Below are positions 48,573 to 59,900 of a stretch of DNA of 63,595 nt, one piece after another. The position numbers were made by a program, and so were the translations under genes. The notes beneath the pieces were generated by a model. It was given only the letters and a program-made list of their open reading frames with translations. It was not told where the DNA came from and did no database searches. The stretch is from assembly GCA_018002295.1 (NCBI GenBank), contig JAGNGI010000005.1, forward strand, positions 1 through 63,595. The letters run 5' to 3'. The stretch is from Fidelibacterota bacterium (GTDB taxonomy: Bacteria > Fidelibacterota > UBA2242). Position 1 is the first letter of the stretch. Each line of letters opens with the position of its first letter.

Positions 48573-48598
48573 AAAGGAGCTGAAATTTCAGCTCCTTT
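48573..48598. terminator. Bidirectional terminator between the convergent cupin and PPIase genes
   Basis: Perfect 26-bp palindrome AAAGGAGCTGAAA-TTTCAGCTCCTTT. Confidence 0.8.
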
Positions 48599-48619
48599 GT
48601 AAAGTATTTATTGATATTC

Positions 48620-49639
48620 TTATGGTATCACGACTTTAAAGTCGTTCTCTTTTTTCAGGTTATCCAGTAAGTTTATTAGTAATTCATTCTGGCGCGAATT
48701 GATTAAAATATTTTCAATTTCACTCCGGACGGTATCCAACGGACGGCTCTCTTTTTTACGGTCGATAACTTTAATAATATGGTAACCATAAGGACTTTCG
48801 ACAATATCGCTGATACTGCCGATTGGTAAATCAAAAGCGGCGTCCTCGAAAGGTTTTACCATTTCGCCGCGGCCGAAGTCTTTATATAATCCGCCGTTAT
48901 CTTTTGAGCCTGGGTCATCCGAGTATTTTTTAGCCAGAGATTCGAAATTTTCACCTTTTTGGGCTCGATCAAGAATTCCTTCCATTTCGGAATGAATCTG
49001 GGCTTTTTCTTCAGGCGATTTTCCCTGCGTGATTTTTAAAATATGTCGAACGGTAGCGGTTTGATCGGTTTCGTTATAATACTTTTGAATGTCTTCTTCT
49101 GTAATATTAACCGAGTCCATTATCATTTTGTCGAGATAGCTATTGATAGCCAGATTATCACGGATATCTTCCCGTAAGGCTTTAAAATTAATATTGGCAT
49201 TGCTTAAGTAATTAAGAAATTTTTCCTTACCGCCGACCTGCATGTACTGTAATTCAAGGATGCTGTCAACCTCGGCGTCTGATATTTTTATCCCATTTTT
49301 CTCAGCCGCTTGTAAGAGGAGTTTTTTCTCAGCCAACGCAATAGCGTTTCCCTTGATTATTTCAGTCAATTGATTGGTATCAAGGCTTTTTAATTGCTGA
49401 ATGCCATCTCCGTACAACTGATGTAAAGTGGTGAAAACATCTCCGACGGTAATATCAAATTTTTTGGTAGTAACAATTACGGTATTTTTTTCAGGATCGA
49501 GTATCGGAATTTGCTGGGATAGTTCCTGGGCTAATTGATAAAGATCGGTTCCTTTTTCTAATTTGGCGCTTTTTTCTTTCTGGGCACAAGAAAAGACTAA
49601 AAATCCTACTAATATGATCGGCAATATTCTTTTCATCAT
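48620..49639 (-). CDS. Parvulin-type peptidyl-prolyl isomerase lipoprotein (PrsA/SurA-like)
   Basis: Lipobox-like LVFSC, SurA-like N domain, VRHIL, FESLAKKYSDD.GS..NGG, MVKPFEDAAF, GYHIIK. Confidence 0.9.
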   Translation of the reverse strand: MMKRILPIILVGFLVFSCAQKEKSAKLEKGTDLYQLAQELSQQIPILDPEKNTVIVTTKKFDITVGDVFTTLHQLYGDGIQQLKSLDTNQLTEIIKGNAIALAEKKLLLQAAEKNGIKISDAEVDSILELQYMQVGGKEKFLNYLSNANINFKALREDIRDNLAINSYLDKMIMDSVNITEEDIQKYYNETDQTATVRHILKITQGKSPEEKAQIHSEMEGILDRAQKGENFESLAKKYSDDPGSKDNGGLYKDFGRGEMVKPFEDAAFDLPIGSISDIVESPYGYHIIKVIDRKKESRPLDTVRSEIENILINSRQNELLINLLDNLKKENDFKVVIP

Positions 49640-49772
49640 TTTCTCCTTTACTTAGAAATATTTCTAAAAACGCATTAAAATTAGATAAAAATTGAATTAA
49701 TTCATAATTATTTGTCAAGGAATTCTTTTTGAGAAATTGGAATGTTAGATGTAACTTAAAAGGCTTATTGAA

Positions 49773-49845
49773 GCCCCCATAGCTCAGATGGATAGAGCAC
49801 CGGCCTCCGGAGCCGGTTGCACAGGTTCGAGTCCTGTTGGGGGTA
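49773..49845 (+). tRNA. tRNA-Arg(CCG)
   Basis: GCCCCCA/TGGGGGT acceptor stem, CCGGC/GCCGG anticodon stem with CCG at 49807-49809, ACAGG-TTCGAGT-CCTGT T arm; CCA not encoded. Confidence 0.96.
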
Positions 49846-49945
49846 CTAAGTCTCCGTTAAAAAAATCTTGCCATATTGTAAGTTCATTAACCTTTTTCCA
49901 AAAGCTAAACTTTTATAGTAAGCCGGTTTTAAATATATTATTGGC

Positions 49946-50971
49946 GTGTTTGGTCTCGGTTGTTTAAAGAAAAATTTTAAGAGAAAGTCATTACTGCTAT
50001 TTGCAATAGTACTGTTCTTACGCTTCCAGTTGTTCAGCCAGCAATTTGAATTACGCGATATGGCTAAGATGCAATGGTACAAGGGTAGTCTTCATACTCA
50101 CGCCCGAGAAGGTGAAAGCGATTCCTCGGTTGAGTATGTTGTGAAATGGTATCGGGAACACGATTATAACTTTTTGGTTATTACCGATCACTCGACTGTA
50201 ACTATTCCACCGGCCTACGCCATTGAAGGTGATCCCTCCTTTCTATTTATTCCGGGGGAAGAAATAATGGGATACGGAACTGGCCGTTTGTTGGAGATTA
50301 ATGCCTTTAATATTACCGAAGATATTTCGCCAATTCATAGCGAAACCGATTTAGATGCTCTCCAAAAATGTATTGACACGGTTCGAAGAATGGGAGGCAT
50401 TCCAATGATAAATCATCCCAATTATCAATGGCGACTCGACGCAGACATTATATTGAATTCTAAGGACTGCAATTTATTTGAGTTATATAACGGTTGTCCT
50501 GGTACCAACAATTATGGTGATGATAATCATCCAAGCACGGAGCAGATATGGGATTTTATGCTATCGGCTGGAAAGCGAATTTATGCTACTGCTACTGATG
50601 ATGCTCACGTATATCAAAAATTTTCTGCCGAATTATCTAACCCGGGTCGTGGATGGGTGGTGGTGAAAGCTAAAAAACTTGAGGTAAACGAAATTTTGCA
50701 GAATCTCGAAGCCGGTTTATTTTATTCAAGCACTGGCGTCGAAATTTCTGATTTAATCGTCAAACCTGTCCAAATCGAAATCTTTATCCAGATAAGCGGC
50801 AAAAACCAATATACAACTGATTTTATCGGTACCGAGGGCAAACTCCTGCTACGCACGCAAAATAATCCGGCAGTCTATAAATTGACTTCTAATGAAAAAT
50901 ATGTACGGGCAAAAATTGTGGCTTCCGATGGGAGTTGTGCCTGGATTCAGCCGATATTTGTTGTGCCATAA
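49946..50971 (+). CDS. Secreted PHP-domain metallohydrolase (CehA/McbA-like)
   Basis: WYKGSLHTH, VITDH, PGEE, INHPNY, FELYNG, ATDDAH; start uncertain. Confidence 0.78.
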   Translation: MFGLGCLKKNFKRKSLLLFAIVLFLRFQLFSQQFELRDMAKMQWYKGSLHTHAREGESDSSVEYVVKWYREHDYNFLVITDHSTVTIPPAYAIEGDPSFLFIPGEEIMGYGTGRLLEINAFNITEDISPIHSETDLDALQKCIDTVRRMGGIPMINHPNYQWRLDADIILNSKDCNLFELYNGCPGTNNYGDDNHPSTEQIWDFMLSAGKRIYATATDDAHVYQKFSAELSNPGRGWVVVKAKKLEVNEILQNLEAGLFYSSTGVEISDLIVKPVQIEIFIQISGKNQYTTDFIGTEGKLLLRTQNNPAVYKLTSNEKYVRAKIVASDGSCAWIQPIFVVP

Positions 50972-51196
50972 TTTCGGCTGAAAAATTAGGCAGGGCTTAT
51001 TAATAAAAGCAAAGATCTAAAGTTTAATTGATACTGACGCTCGCAATTATTATCCAAAATAATGGGCAAATTTTGGTAGATTGACAGAGGCTTGATATTT
51101 TAATGGTCAGTTTTTCGGATTGTTGTAAATTATCAGTTGCTAAACTTGATATTGATTGTTTTTTGATATACAATTGTTACAAAAGGAAAAGTACTT

Positions 51197-52036
51197 ATGC
51201 TGAAAGAAGACTTGATTTACCGTGGAAAATCCAAAGATGTCGTCGAAATAAAAAGTGGGCAATACACTGGTAAATATCGTTTAATTTTTACCGATAGAGC
51301 TACAGGTTATCTGGAAAATGGTAAACCTGTTTTTGATCCTGGATATGATAACGTCGTCGGCGAAATTCCTGGAAAAGGCGCTATTGCTTGCCGATTCGCC
51401 ACGCATTTTTTTAAACTGCTAAAGGAAAGGGGTATTCCTTCCCATTATATTGATACCGTCAGCGATAATGAAATGATCGTCGAACCGGCTGTCCCGCTTA
51501 GTATGCCAGCCGAATCACCGGAATTTCCCGGGGCGGCTCCACTCTTGAATCTTGAATTTACCTGGCGGAATAACGCCACTGGTAGTTTCTGGAGAAGATA
51601 TCCTTTTGTGCGACCTTGCCGCAATATTCATACGATCGTTGAAGCCTGGACAAAAGGGGATAGTGATATTCTCATCACGTTTGAGGCGTTAGAGGAAACC
51701 GGTGCTATGACTAAAGACGAGATTAAGCAGAGTATTAAACTGGTTAAAGAGATCGCCGAAATCGTTGCACAGGAATTTGCCAGCAACAACCTCCATGTCA
51801 TTGATGGGAAATTTGAGTTGGGGCGACTGAAGTATGGCGATGGGAAAATTGTAATTATTGACGAGATCTCTCCCGATGTTCTGCGGGTTTGCAAAGGCTA
51901 CTCTCCCGATGCTGACGGCAATTGCACGGTTTATAAAAATTGTACCGTGACGAGTTATGCCGATGGAAAGAGAACTATCAAGAATAAAAACCAGGTTCAA
52001 GCGGTTGATTTTGTCAATATTTTCCTCAGTCATTGA
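51197..52036 (+). CDS. purC: Phosphoribosylaminoimidazole-succinocarboxamide (SAICAR) synthase
   Basis: IYRGKSKDV, FTDRAT, IPGKG, RNNATGS, DGKFELG, DEISPD. Confidence 0.85.
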   Translation: MLKEDLIYRGKSKDVVEIKSGQYTGKYRLIFTDRATGYLENGKPVFDPGYDNVVGEIPGKGAIACRFATHFFKLLKERGIPSHYIDTVSDNEMIVEPAVPLSMPAESPEFPGAAPLLNLEFTWRNNATGSFWRRYPFVRPCRNIHTIVEAWTKGDSDILITFEALEETGAMTKDEIKQSIKLVKEIAEIVAQEFASNNLHVIDGKFELGRLKYGDGKIVIIDEISPDVLRVCKGYSPDADGNCTVYKNCTVTSYADGKRTIKNKNQVQAVDFVNIFLSH

Positions 52037-52215
52037 GTGAATAAGCGTATTTGAGTTCTTTTAAGTGCTAGTAAGCTCTTTTAAGAAATAAGAGAATATG
52101 GGCGCAGTTCTATAAAATTCTCTGATTCTCGACTATTGAATTAATCACCTATTTTTAATTTTAATTAACAGCAAATTTGCTCTTGTCTCTAATAGTGTAT
52201 ATCTTACTTTAGGTT

Positions 52216-52701
52216 ATGGAGAAATGTGGGATTAAAATTATAAATATGGAAGTTGATTTGAGTAAATCGGAACGGGCACGAAAAAGCAAATTTTACCGGA
52301 TTTTTCCGCACACGGCTGATCTGGGAGTGGAGGTGTACGGCGCCAATTTGCTGGAACTTTTCGAACATTCCGCTTTGGCTTTGTTCGATTTGATGGCTAA
52401 TGTGGCGAAAGTTACGGAGCAAAAAACTTGCGAATTTTCAGTAGAAGCCGCTGACATAGAATTACTTCTGCGGGAATGGCTCGGCGAATTGCTTTATTAT
52501 TCTATAAGCCGGCATTTTTTATTCAAATCTTGCCAAATCGAGCAATTTTGCGAGCAAAAATTGATAGCCAGCGCGAGTGGCGAACCTTTCAACCCGCAGA
52601 AACATATTTTAAAACGCGAGATAAAGAGCGTTACTTATCATGAATTACAAATTAAAAATCAAGGTAATCACTGGAAAGCGCGCTTTGTCCTCGATATTTA
52701 A
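52216..52701 (+). CDS. Archease
   Basis: FPHTADLGVEVYG.NL.ELF, EWLGELLY, IKSVTYH, FVLDI C-terminus. The start may be ATG 52246. Confidence 0.92.
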   Translation: MEKCGIKIINMEVDLSKSERARKSKFYRIFPHTADLGVEVYGANLLELFEHSALALFDLMANVAKVTEQKTCEFSVEAADIELLLREWLGELLYYSISRHFLFKSCQIEQFCEQKLIASASGEPFNPQKHILKREIKSVTYHELQIKNQGNHWKARFVLDI

Positions 52702-52710
52702 AGGTTAGTA

Positions 52711-54156
52711 ATGGAGCAATTAAAAATAAATCAAATAAGCGAGCAAGTATGGGAAATACCGCCAACCGGCGCAATGCGCGTTCCTGGGCGAATCTATGCG
52801 AATGAAAACCTGATGCAGGTTATTCGAGATGATCAGAGCCTTAAACAGGTCGCAAATGTAGCTCAATTACCCGGAATCGTAGGCTATTCTATGGCTATGC
52901 CCGATATTCACTGGGGTTATGGATTCCCGATTGGAGGAGTAGCGGCTTTTGATATTAAAGAAGGTGTGATTTCTCCAGGCGGAGTCGGCTATGATATTAA
53001 CTGCGGGGTGCGTTTGATAAGGACAAATCTGGTTGCCGACCAGCTCAAAATTGACATTAAAAACTTGATTGCCGCTATTTTCAATAGTGTTCCCAGTGGG
53101 ATTGGCTCGCATGGAGCTATCCGGAAACTCAGTCGCCGTGAGCTCGAACGGGTAGCAGTTCAGGGGGCTAAATGGGCGATAGAAATGGGATACGGAAGTG
53201 CTGATGATTTACAGTTTATTGAAGATAGGGGCTGTCTTGCGGATGCCGAACCGTCCGTAATATCGCAACGCGCATTCGAGCGGGGTGCCGATCAATTGGG
53301 GACGCTCGGCAGTGGTAATCATTTTATCGAGATTGGAAAAGTAGTGGATATATACGATTCAACGGCGGCGCAGGCGATGGGTATATTTCAGGGCAATCTT
53401 GTTTTAATTCTCCATACCGGTTCGCGAGGTTTCGGTTACCAAATTTGCGATGATTTTATCAAATCAACTCTACGTGCCACCCAAAAATATGAAATAAAAA
53501 TTCCTGACAGGCAGTTGGCTTGCGCCCCATTAAAATCAATAGAAGGGCAAGATTATCTCGGAGCTATGCGAGCCGCGGCGAATTTTGCCTTCGCTAACCG
53601 GCAGGTGATTAGCTCGTTGATTTATGATAGCCTTTTGAAAACCTTAAAAATTAGTCCAAATGAACTCGGTTTTCGCCCAGTCTGGGATATTGCGCATAAT
53701 ATCGCTAAGATTGAAGAACATCAATATGGTGGGAAAAAAATCAAGGTTTGCGTTCATCGCAAAGGTGCAACCCGCGCCTTCGGTCCCGGTAATCCTGAAT
53801 TACCAGAAATTTATCAAGCAATTGGTCAACCGGTACTAATTCCCGGTGATATGGGCACGGCGAGTTATTTATGCGTTGGGACAGAGATTGCCATGCGAGA
53901 AACCTTTGGTAGTGCCTGCCACGGGGCTGGTAGAATTTTATCGCGGCATCAAGCCAAAGCCAAAGCCCGCAGTCTTGATTTATATCAGGCATTAGCGGAA
54001 AGTGGAGTCTATGTAATGGCGGAAGAAAAAGGAACTATCGCCGAAGAAATGCCATTTGCATATAAAGATGTGGGCGAAGTGGTTGATTCGGTAGATGCAG
54101 CCGGTATCGTCCGTAAAGTCGCCCGCTTCAAACCACTGGGCGTAATCAAGGGATAG
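52711..54156 (+). CDS. rtcB: RtcB RNA-splicing/repair ligase
   Basis: MPDIHWGYGFPIGG, GYDINCG, GSGNHF.E, HTGSRG, HN, HRKGAT, PGDMG, HGAGR, EE.P.AYK. Confidence 0.96.
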   Translation: MEQLKINQISEQVWEIPPTGAMRVPGRIYANENLMQVIRDDQSLKQVANVAQLPGIVGYSMAMPDIHWGYGFPIGGVAAFDIKEGVISPGGVGYDINCGVRLIRTNLVADQLKIDIKNLIAAIFNSVPSGIGSHGAIRKLSRRELERVAVQGAKWAIEMGYGSADDLQFIEDRGCLADAEPSVISQRAFERGADQLGTLGSGNHFIEIGKVVDIYDSTAAQAMGIFQGNLVLILHTGSRGFGYQICDDFIKSTLRATQKYEIKIPDRQLACAPLKSIEGQDYLGAMRAAANFAFANRQVISSLIYDSLLKTLKISPNELGFRPVWDIAHNIAKIEEHQYGGKKIKVCVHRKGATRAFGPGNPELPEIYQAIGQPVLIPGDMGTASYLCVGTEIAMRETFGSACHGAGRILSRHQAKAKARSLDLYQALAESGVYVMAEEKGTIAEEMPFAYKDVGEVVDSVDAAGIVRKVARFKPLGVIKG

Positions 54157-54214
54157 AAGTGACAAACCTAATTCCACCAAGTCATTGATTTAGTGAGTGA
54201 TGGTAGCATTTCCA

Positions 54215-54243
54215 TTGACATTGCGATAATTCTTGAGTAATAT
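54215..54243 (+). promoter_or_regulatory. Sigma70-like promoter for the TonB receptor operon
   Basis: TTGACA (54215-54220), 17 nt, TAATAT (54238-54243). Confidence 0.65.
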
Positions 54244-54319
54244 AGGATTGGTGGCTATTTAATAACGAAAATGACTTATTCTCAAAAATTTGTAACAATT
54301 GTCTCAAAAGGGCACTGTT

Positions 54320-56272
54320 ATGTTAAAGTTGAGAATTAGCGTCTTTGCCGTTTCTTTATTTCTTATCAGTGTTACTCTAGCGCAGGATTCTGAATTAGAT
54401 GAATGGCTAGAAATGGATTTAAGTGATTTGATGAATATCAAAGTCACGACTGCTACCAAGAGGGAGCAACTCATTGATAAAGTGCCCGCTACCGTCCGGA
54501 TTATTACTGATAAGGAAATTCAAGAGCGAGCCTACCACAGTCTGGAAGATGTTCTAAAAGATCTGCCCGGATTTCAATTTCGCGATATATTAGGTTTTAA
54601 CAGTTATTCTTTTCAACGCGGAGCACCCAGTCAGAATAATCTAATTTTAGTGATGATTGATGGGGTCGAGATCAATGAATTGAATTCGGGAGGATTTTAC
54701 GGTGGTTATCATTATAATTTGCAAAATATCAAACGAATAGAAGTGGTTTATGGACCTTCATCAGCCTTATACGGAACGAACGCCATTTCCGGAATAATAA
54801 ATTTAATCACCAAAGATGCGGAAGACGGACCGAGAGCCGAAGCGAGCCTAACAGCAGGTTCATTTGGAACGCTTTTCGGCGATGTCGGTTGGCGTCTAAA
54901 GCCGGAAAATTTGCCGTTCAGCGCAACTTTTTCCGCTTTTTATAAACAAACTGAAAAGGCGGATTTGGGAGGTACTAAAGGCGACAAAAACTGGTCAGAG
55001 AATATGGAAAATTTTGAAAATGATTATGGATTTGATTCCAAAATCAAATATAAAAACACCATAATTGGTTTGACACTTCAGGATAAACAGGCTTCCCGCA
55101 CGACAAATTATAAATCGCTCGGCACTAATTACCTTGACTATGGTACGAATTTTCACATTCGCTTTTTGAATGCCTATTTGAGCAACTTGTACACTAAAAA
55201 ACCGAGCTGGTCATTGAAATCGCAAATATATTACAGAAACTCGACGGTAATGGATAATACAATTGCCTATATTACTACTGATACTGGTCAGGTTGGATAT
55301 TATCGTCCGAATTCACTAATCGGGCTGGAAGAAAAATTCGATTATGAGTGGAGCAGTAAAGCCAACTTAGTTGCTGGAGTGGTAATGGAAGCCGAAAAAC
55401 TCGCCAGCGACTTTTCTATAACCTATAGTGATGACCCAGAAAAAGCTCCGGCTAAACCGGAGGAACCGGATTATGAAAATAATACTTTGATAAGTTTCTA
55501 CGTTCAAACCCAATACAAATTTTGGGAATTAGTCGAAATGACGGCTGGGGCACGCCTTGATCAAAGTTCCTATTATGGGACGATTTTGACTCCTCGCCTA
55601 AGTTTTGTTTATAGCCATAAGAATTATACCGGCAAGTTGCTTTATACTGAGGCTTTTCGAGCTCCAAGACCCTGGGATTATAACTGGGGCATTGGTAATC
55701 CGGATCTGAAACCGGAACGAATGAAATCAATTGAATTAGCCAATAATCTGAATTTCAATCAACGCTTACGCTGTGATTTTTCGCTATTCCATAATCAAAT
55801 TTATGATATGCTAATTGAGAAAGATTCGTGCTGGGTAAATGCCGAACGCATAAATACTAATGGTCTGGAATTAAATCTTGATTACCGCCGGAAAAAAATG
55901 CAGCTAAACCTGAATTATACTTTCACAGATTCTAAATTTTCTGACGGCAAACAGGTACCTGAAATTGCCCGCCACGGATTCAATGCCGGGGTTACCTATT
56001 CGTTATTGACGAACCTCAATGTCAATCTGCGTGGTAATTACCTCAGCCGCCGTAAAAATCCCGTTTTTATTTCTACAACTAAAAGTCATTATGTTGATCC
56101 ATACTTTGTGCTAAATAGTGTTATCAACTATAACCCGATCCCAAATCTGAAATTGCAGATTGCCGTCAACAATTTATTAAATGCTCGCTACTACCATACT
56201 AGTAACCGACCGCCAGAACGCTATCGTCAACCACAACGAGCTTTTTTGTTCAAATTGGGGTATCAACTTTGA
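54320..56272 (+). CDS. TonB-dependent outer membrane receptor
   Basis: Signal peptide, LSDLMNIKVTTATKREQ plug start, IKRIEVVYGPSSALYGTNAISGIIN, VNNLLN, C-terminal aromatic ending LGYQL. Start placed at ATG 54320 (track 54299). Confidence 0.92.
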   Translation: MLKLRISVFAVSLFLISVTLAQDSELDEWLEMDLSDLMNIKVTTATKREQLIDKVPATVRIITDKEIQERAYHSLEDVLKDLPGFQFRDILGFNSYSFQRGAPSQNNLILVMIDGVEINELNSGGFYGGYHYNLQNIKRIEVVYGPSSALYGTNAISGIINLITKDAEDGPRAEASLTAGSFGTLFGDVGWRLKPENLPFSATFSAFYKQTEKADLGGTKGDKNWSENMENFENDYGFDSKIKYKNTIIGLTLQDKQASRTTNYKSLGTNYLDYGTNFHIRFLNAYLSNLYTKKPSWSLKSQIYYRNSTVMDNTIAYITTDTGQVGYYRPNSLIGLEEKFDYEWSSKANLVAGVVMEAEKLASDFSITYSDDPEKAPAKPEEPDYENNTLISFYVQTQYKFWELVEMTAGARLDQSSYYGTILTPRLSFVYSHKNYTGKLLYTEAFRAPRPWDYNWGIGNPDLKPERMKSIELANNLNFNQRLRCDFSLFHNQIYDMLIEKDSCWVNAERINTNGLELNLDYRRKKMQLNLNYTFTDSKFSDGKQVPEIARHGFNAGVTYSLLTNLNVNLRGNYLSRRKNPVFISTTKSHYVDPYFVLNSVINYNPIPNLKLQIAVNNLLNARYYHTSNRPPERYRQPQRAFLFKLGYQL

Positions 56273-56315
56273 TATGATGAAATTTGATGTATTCCAAAGA
56301 AAATTGATCTATTGA

Positions 56316-56858
56316 ATGCCGCATAAAAATAAAATTATCGTCTGTATTGTTTGCTTCCTGATTCTTAGTTTTTCCTTTATTTACGCCAATTTGCCATTCA
56401 ATAGTGAAACTGAGATTAATGACTTAAAAGCGGCTTTCATTTATAATTTTACAAAATATATTACCTGGCCAGATCTTGAACGTAATAAAGTATTTTTTAT
56501 CGGAGTGATCGGCAATAGTGATATTGTCAATTCCCTGCGACGAGTGGCTGAGAAAAAATTCGTTAAAAATATACCAATTAGAGTTGCTCACTACCAAAGT
56601 GTTGATGATTTGAGATATTGCCATATTTTATTCATTTCTGCATCTGAAAAAAATCAACTCGATCCAATATTAGCCAAACTTAAGAAAAGGAAGACCTTGA
56701 CGATCGGTGACACTCCCGGATTTTGTGAAAGTGGTGTAATGATTAATTTTTTTATGCAAGAAGATAGGTTAAAATTTGAAATGAATCTTGCCAAATTGGA
56801 AAGTGCCGGCTTGAAAGCCAGTTCCCAAATTAAAAAATTAGCCCGGATTGTTGAATGA
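56316..56858 (+). CDS. YfiR-family (DUF4154) periplasmic protein
   Basis: LKAAFIYNFTKYITWP, CHILFIS, LTIGD..GFC..G.MINF, LKFEMNL, SSQIKKLA. Confidence 0.9.
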   Translation: MPHKNKIIVCIVCFLILSFSFIYANLPFNSETEINDLKAAFIYNFTKYITWPDLERNKVFFIGVIGNSDIVNSLRRVAEKKFVKNIPIRVAHYQSVDDLRYCHILFISASEKNQLDPILAKLKKRKTLTIGDTPGFCESGVMINFFMQEDRLKFEMNLAKLESAGLKASSQIKKLARIVE

Positions 56859-56900
56859 TGCCTTCATTTAAAGCCAAATTAAATTATTTGGTATGATGCT

Positions 56901-59900
56901 ATGGCGAAGATGAAGTCTATCAATCGGGGATTTTTTCAGAAGTTGTCATTTAGGAAAAAACTGATTGTAATTCAGTTAATTACAGTAAGCACTGTTATCG
57001 TATTTTTCATTATTTTTCAGGTAATAATAAATCAGATTGACTATCAGCGAGATGTCAATGAAAAGTTAGAAACGACAGCTCGCATCATTGGCTCGAATTC
57101 TATTCCTGCTATTTTATTCCTTGATAACGAAACGGCTGAAAATATTCTGGCTTCCTTACGAAGTGAAAATGAAATCGTCAATGCTTGGTTATTTGATCAC
57201 AATAAGAATTTGTTTGCAACATTTGCACGTGATGGGTTTGAGAATTATGATTATCCTTTCTTTGATAGCGGTAGACATAAGTCTCATTCGCGCGATGTAA
57301 TTTATTCTTTGGAACTTAACCAGGAAGAAATGCCGGTCGGGCAAATTTTGATTCGCTATAAAATGCATCCTTTAAGTCTGGTAATAATAGAAAATTTAGG
57401 ACTTGGGGTAATCGTTTTGCTGATTGGTTTTGGACTAGCTTTAGTTCTTTCATTTTATACCGGCAAGACCGTTTCAAACCCTATTATGGCATTGGTTGAT
57501 ACGATTAAAGAAATTTCGACTCGACATGATTATTCAATCCGTTTACCAAAAACGACTCAAGATGAAATCGGAATACTCTATGATGGATTTAACGAAATGC
57601 TGGAGCAAATCCAGAAAAAACAGGAAGAAAGGGATAAAGCCGAAAAAAAACTCAGAGAAGCAAACACAATTATCAATCGCAGTCCGGTCGTAGCTTTTAC
57701 TTGGTATAACAAACCCACTTGGCCAGTCGAGTTTGTTTCTGAAAGTGTCATCAATCTTTTTGGCTATACCGCCGATGAGTTTATACAAGGCAAAATATCC
57801 TATGAATCATGTATTTATCCTGAGGATTTACCGAGAGTTAATAGTGAGGTAGTTAAGTATAGTCAAACACCCGACGTGCAATCTTTTAAACATGAACCTT
57901 ATCGGATTGTTACTAAATCAGGCGCAATAAAGTGGATTGATGATCTATCTTTTATCATTAGAAGTGAATCCGGAGAAATTACCCATTATCAGGGCATCGT
58001 TTCTGATATTACTGAACGTATGGAATTCGAAGAATTGCTGAGGCAGAGCGAAATCCGTTATCGTCGAATATCTTCCGTAGTATCGGATTATGTTTTTTCG
58101 GCCAAAATCAATCAAGATGGTGTTCTGGTAACCGACTGGGTTGGCGGTGCCTTTGAGACCATAACTGGATTTACCTTCAAGGAATTTAGTGAAGCCGGTG
58201 GTTGGAGAGCCAGGCTCCATCCGGACGATCTTGAAAAAGATGATCATGATTTTGAAAAATTGAAAAAGAATGAACCGATCCAATCCGAATTACGCTTTTA
58301 TACTAAATCCGGTGAACTATTATGGTTAAGAGTTTATGCTTATCCGGTTTGGGATTATAAAAACAATAGATTAATTGGTGTTCATGGCGCGGTTCAAAAT
58401 ATCAATGAGCGGAAGAAAGCTGAGCAAGCTCTTCAGGAAAGCGAAGCCCGTTACCGATTGCTTTTCGAATCTAATCCGGCGCCGATTATAATCTATGAAC
58501 GTAATACCTATAATATTTTAGCGGTTAATGAGGCTTTCCTTCAGTTTTATGGTTATTCCAAAGATGAAATTCTGGCAATGTGCTTGACGGATCTTTATCC
58601 GGCAGATGAAAAAAAGAAAATAGTTAAAATGCTAAATGATTTATATGATTATCAAGATGCTGTCGAATGGCATCACTTGAAAAAAGATGGAACAATGGTA
58701 ACCGTCATTTTCCGTTCGAATGATTTGAAATATCAGGGGCATGATGCCCACGTCGCAGTTATCACTGACGTTACTGAACGAAAATTAGCCGAAGAAAAAA
58801 TCAAAAATTTGAACATAGAGCTGGAAAAAAGAGTTACTGAACGAACTGCCGATTTAGTAAAAGAAATTGAAGAACGGGAAAAAATTGCACTGACTCTGGA
58901 ACAATCTCGAGAATCTCTGAGAACTATCATTGAATCCATACCATTTCCTGTAGTGCTGGTTAATCAAGATCGAACAATCAGAGATGCTAATCAGGCTACG
59001 CTTGACTTACTCGGGTTTAATTCGTTTGATGAAATTGTTGGGAAAAATTGTTATGAAATTTTATGTATTTATAATAACGATACTTGCCCAATCTTAAGCC
59101 CAGATCAGATAGTAGATAAAAAAGAAACAGTGATCATAAATAAAGATAAGGTAAACATTCCAGTACTAAAAAGTGCAGTTCCAATTAAAATCGAAGGGGA
59201 AGAGGTACTGCTGGAAACCTATGTTGATATACTCAAAATCAAAATTATGGAAATGGAACTGATTCAGGCTAAGGAACAAGCCCAAGCCGCTACCCAAGCC
59301 AAAAGTGACTTTCTGGCTAATATGAGCCACGAAATAAGAACTCCGATGAATGCGATTATCGGTTTAACGTATTTAGCCTTACAAACCGAGTTAGACGCTC
59401 GACAGCATGATTACATAACTAAAATAAAATCATCCGCTCAGAATTTGCTGGAAATCATTAATGATATTCTGGACTTCTCCAAGATCGAAGCTCGTAGACT
59501 AAAACTGGAGAATATTGATTTTAATCTGGAAAAAGTTTTTCAGGATACCGCCAATGTTGTAACCTTTAAAGCCCATCAAAAAAATCTGGAAATCATCTTC
59601 GGCATAGATAAAAATATTCCGCGCTACTTAGTTGGCGATCCCTTGCGTCTGCATCAAATACTGGCGAATTTGACTAATAATGCCGTCAAGTTCACTGATA
59701 CCGGCGAGATTATTGTCCGGGCAGAAATGGATGAGGAATATGACGACACAGTAAAAATAAAGTTCTCAGTTAAAGACACCGGCATTGGTCTTACTAAGGA
59801 ACAGCAGGATAAGCTCTTTCAATCTTTTACCCAGGCGGATTCCTCCACTACCAGACGTTATGGTGGTACCGGTCTGGGATTGGCTATTTCTAAGCAATTG

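Noticed and set aside
49773-49945. Second island at tRNA-Arg(CCG)
   Set aside because: No repeat of the tRNA 3' end was found downstream, there is no integrase, and the following genes look host-like.
50972-51196. Purine or ZTP riboswitch upstream of purC
   Set aside because: Only a weak ATTATT/AATAAT hairpin is present, with no aptamer consensus and no terminator.
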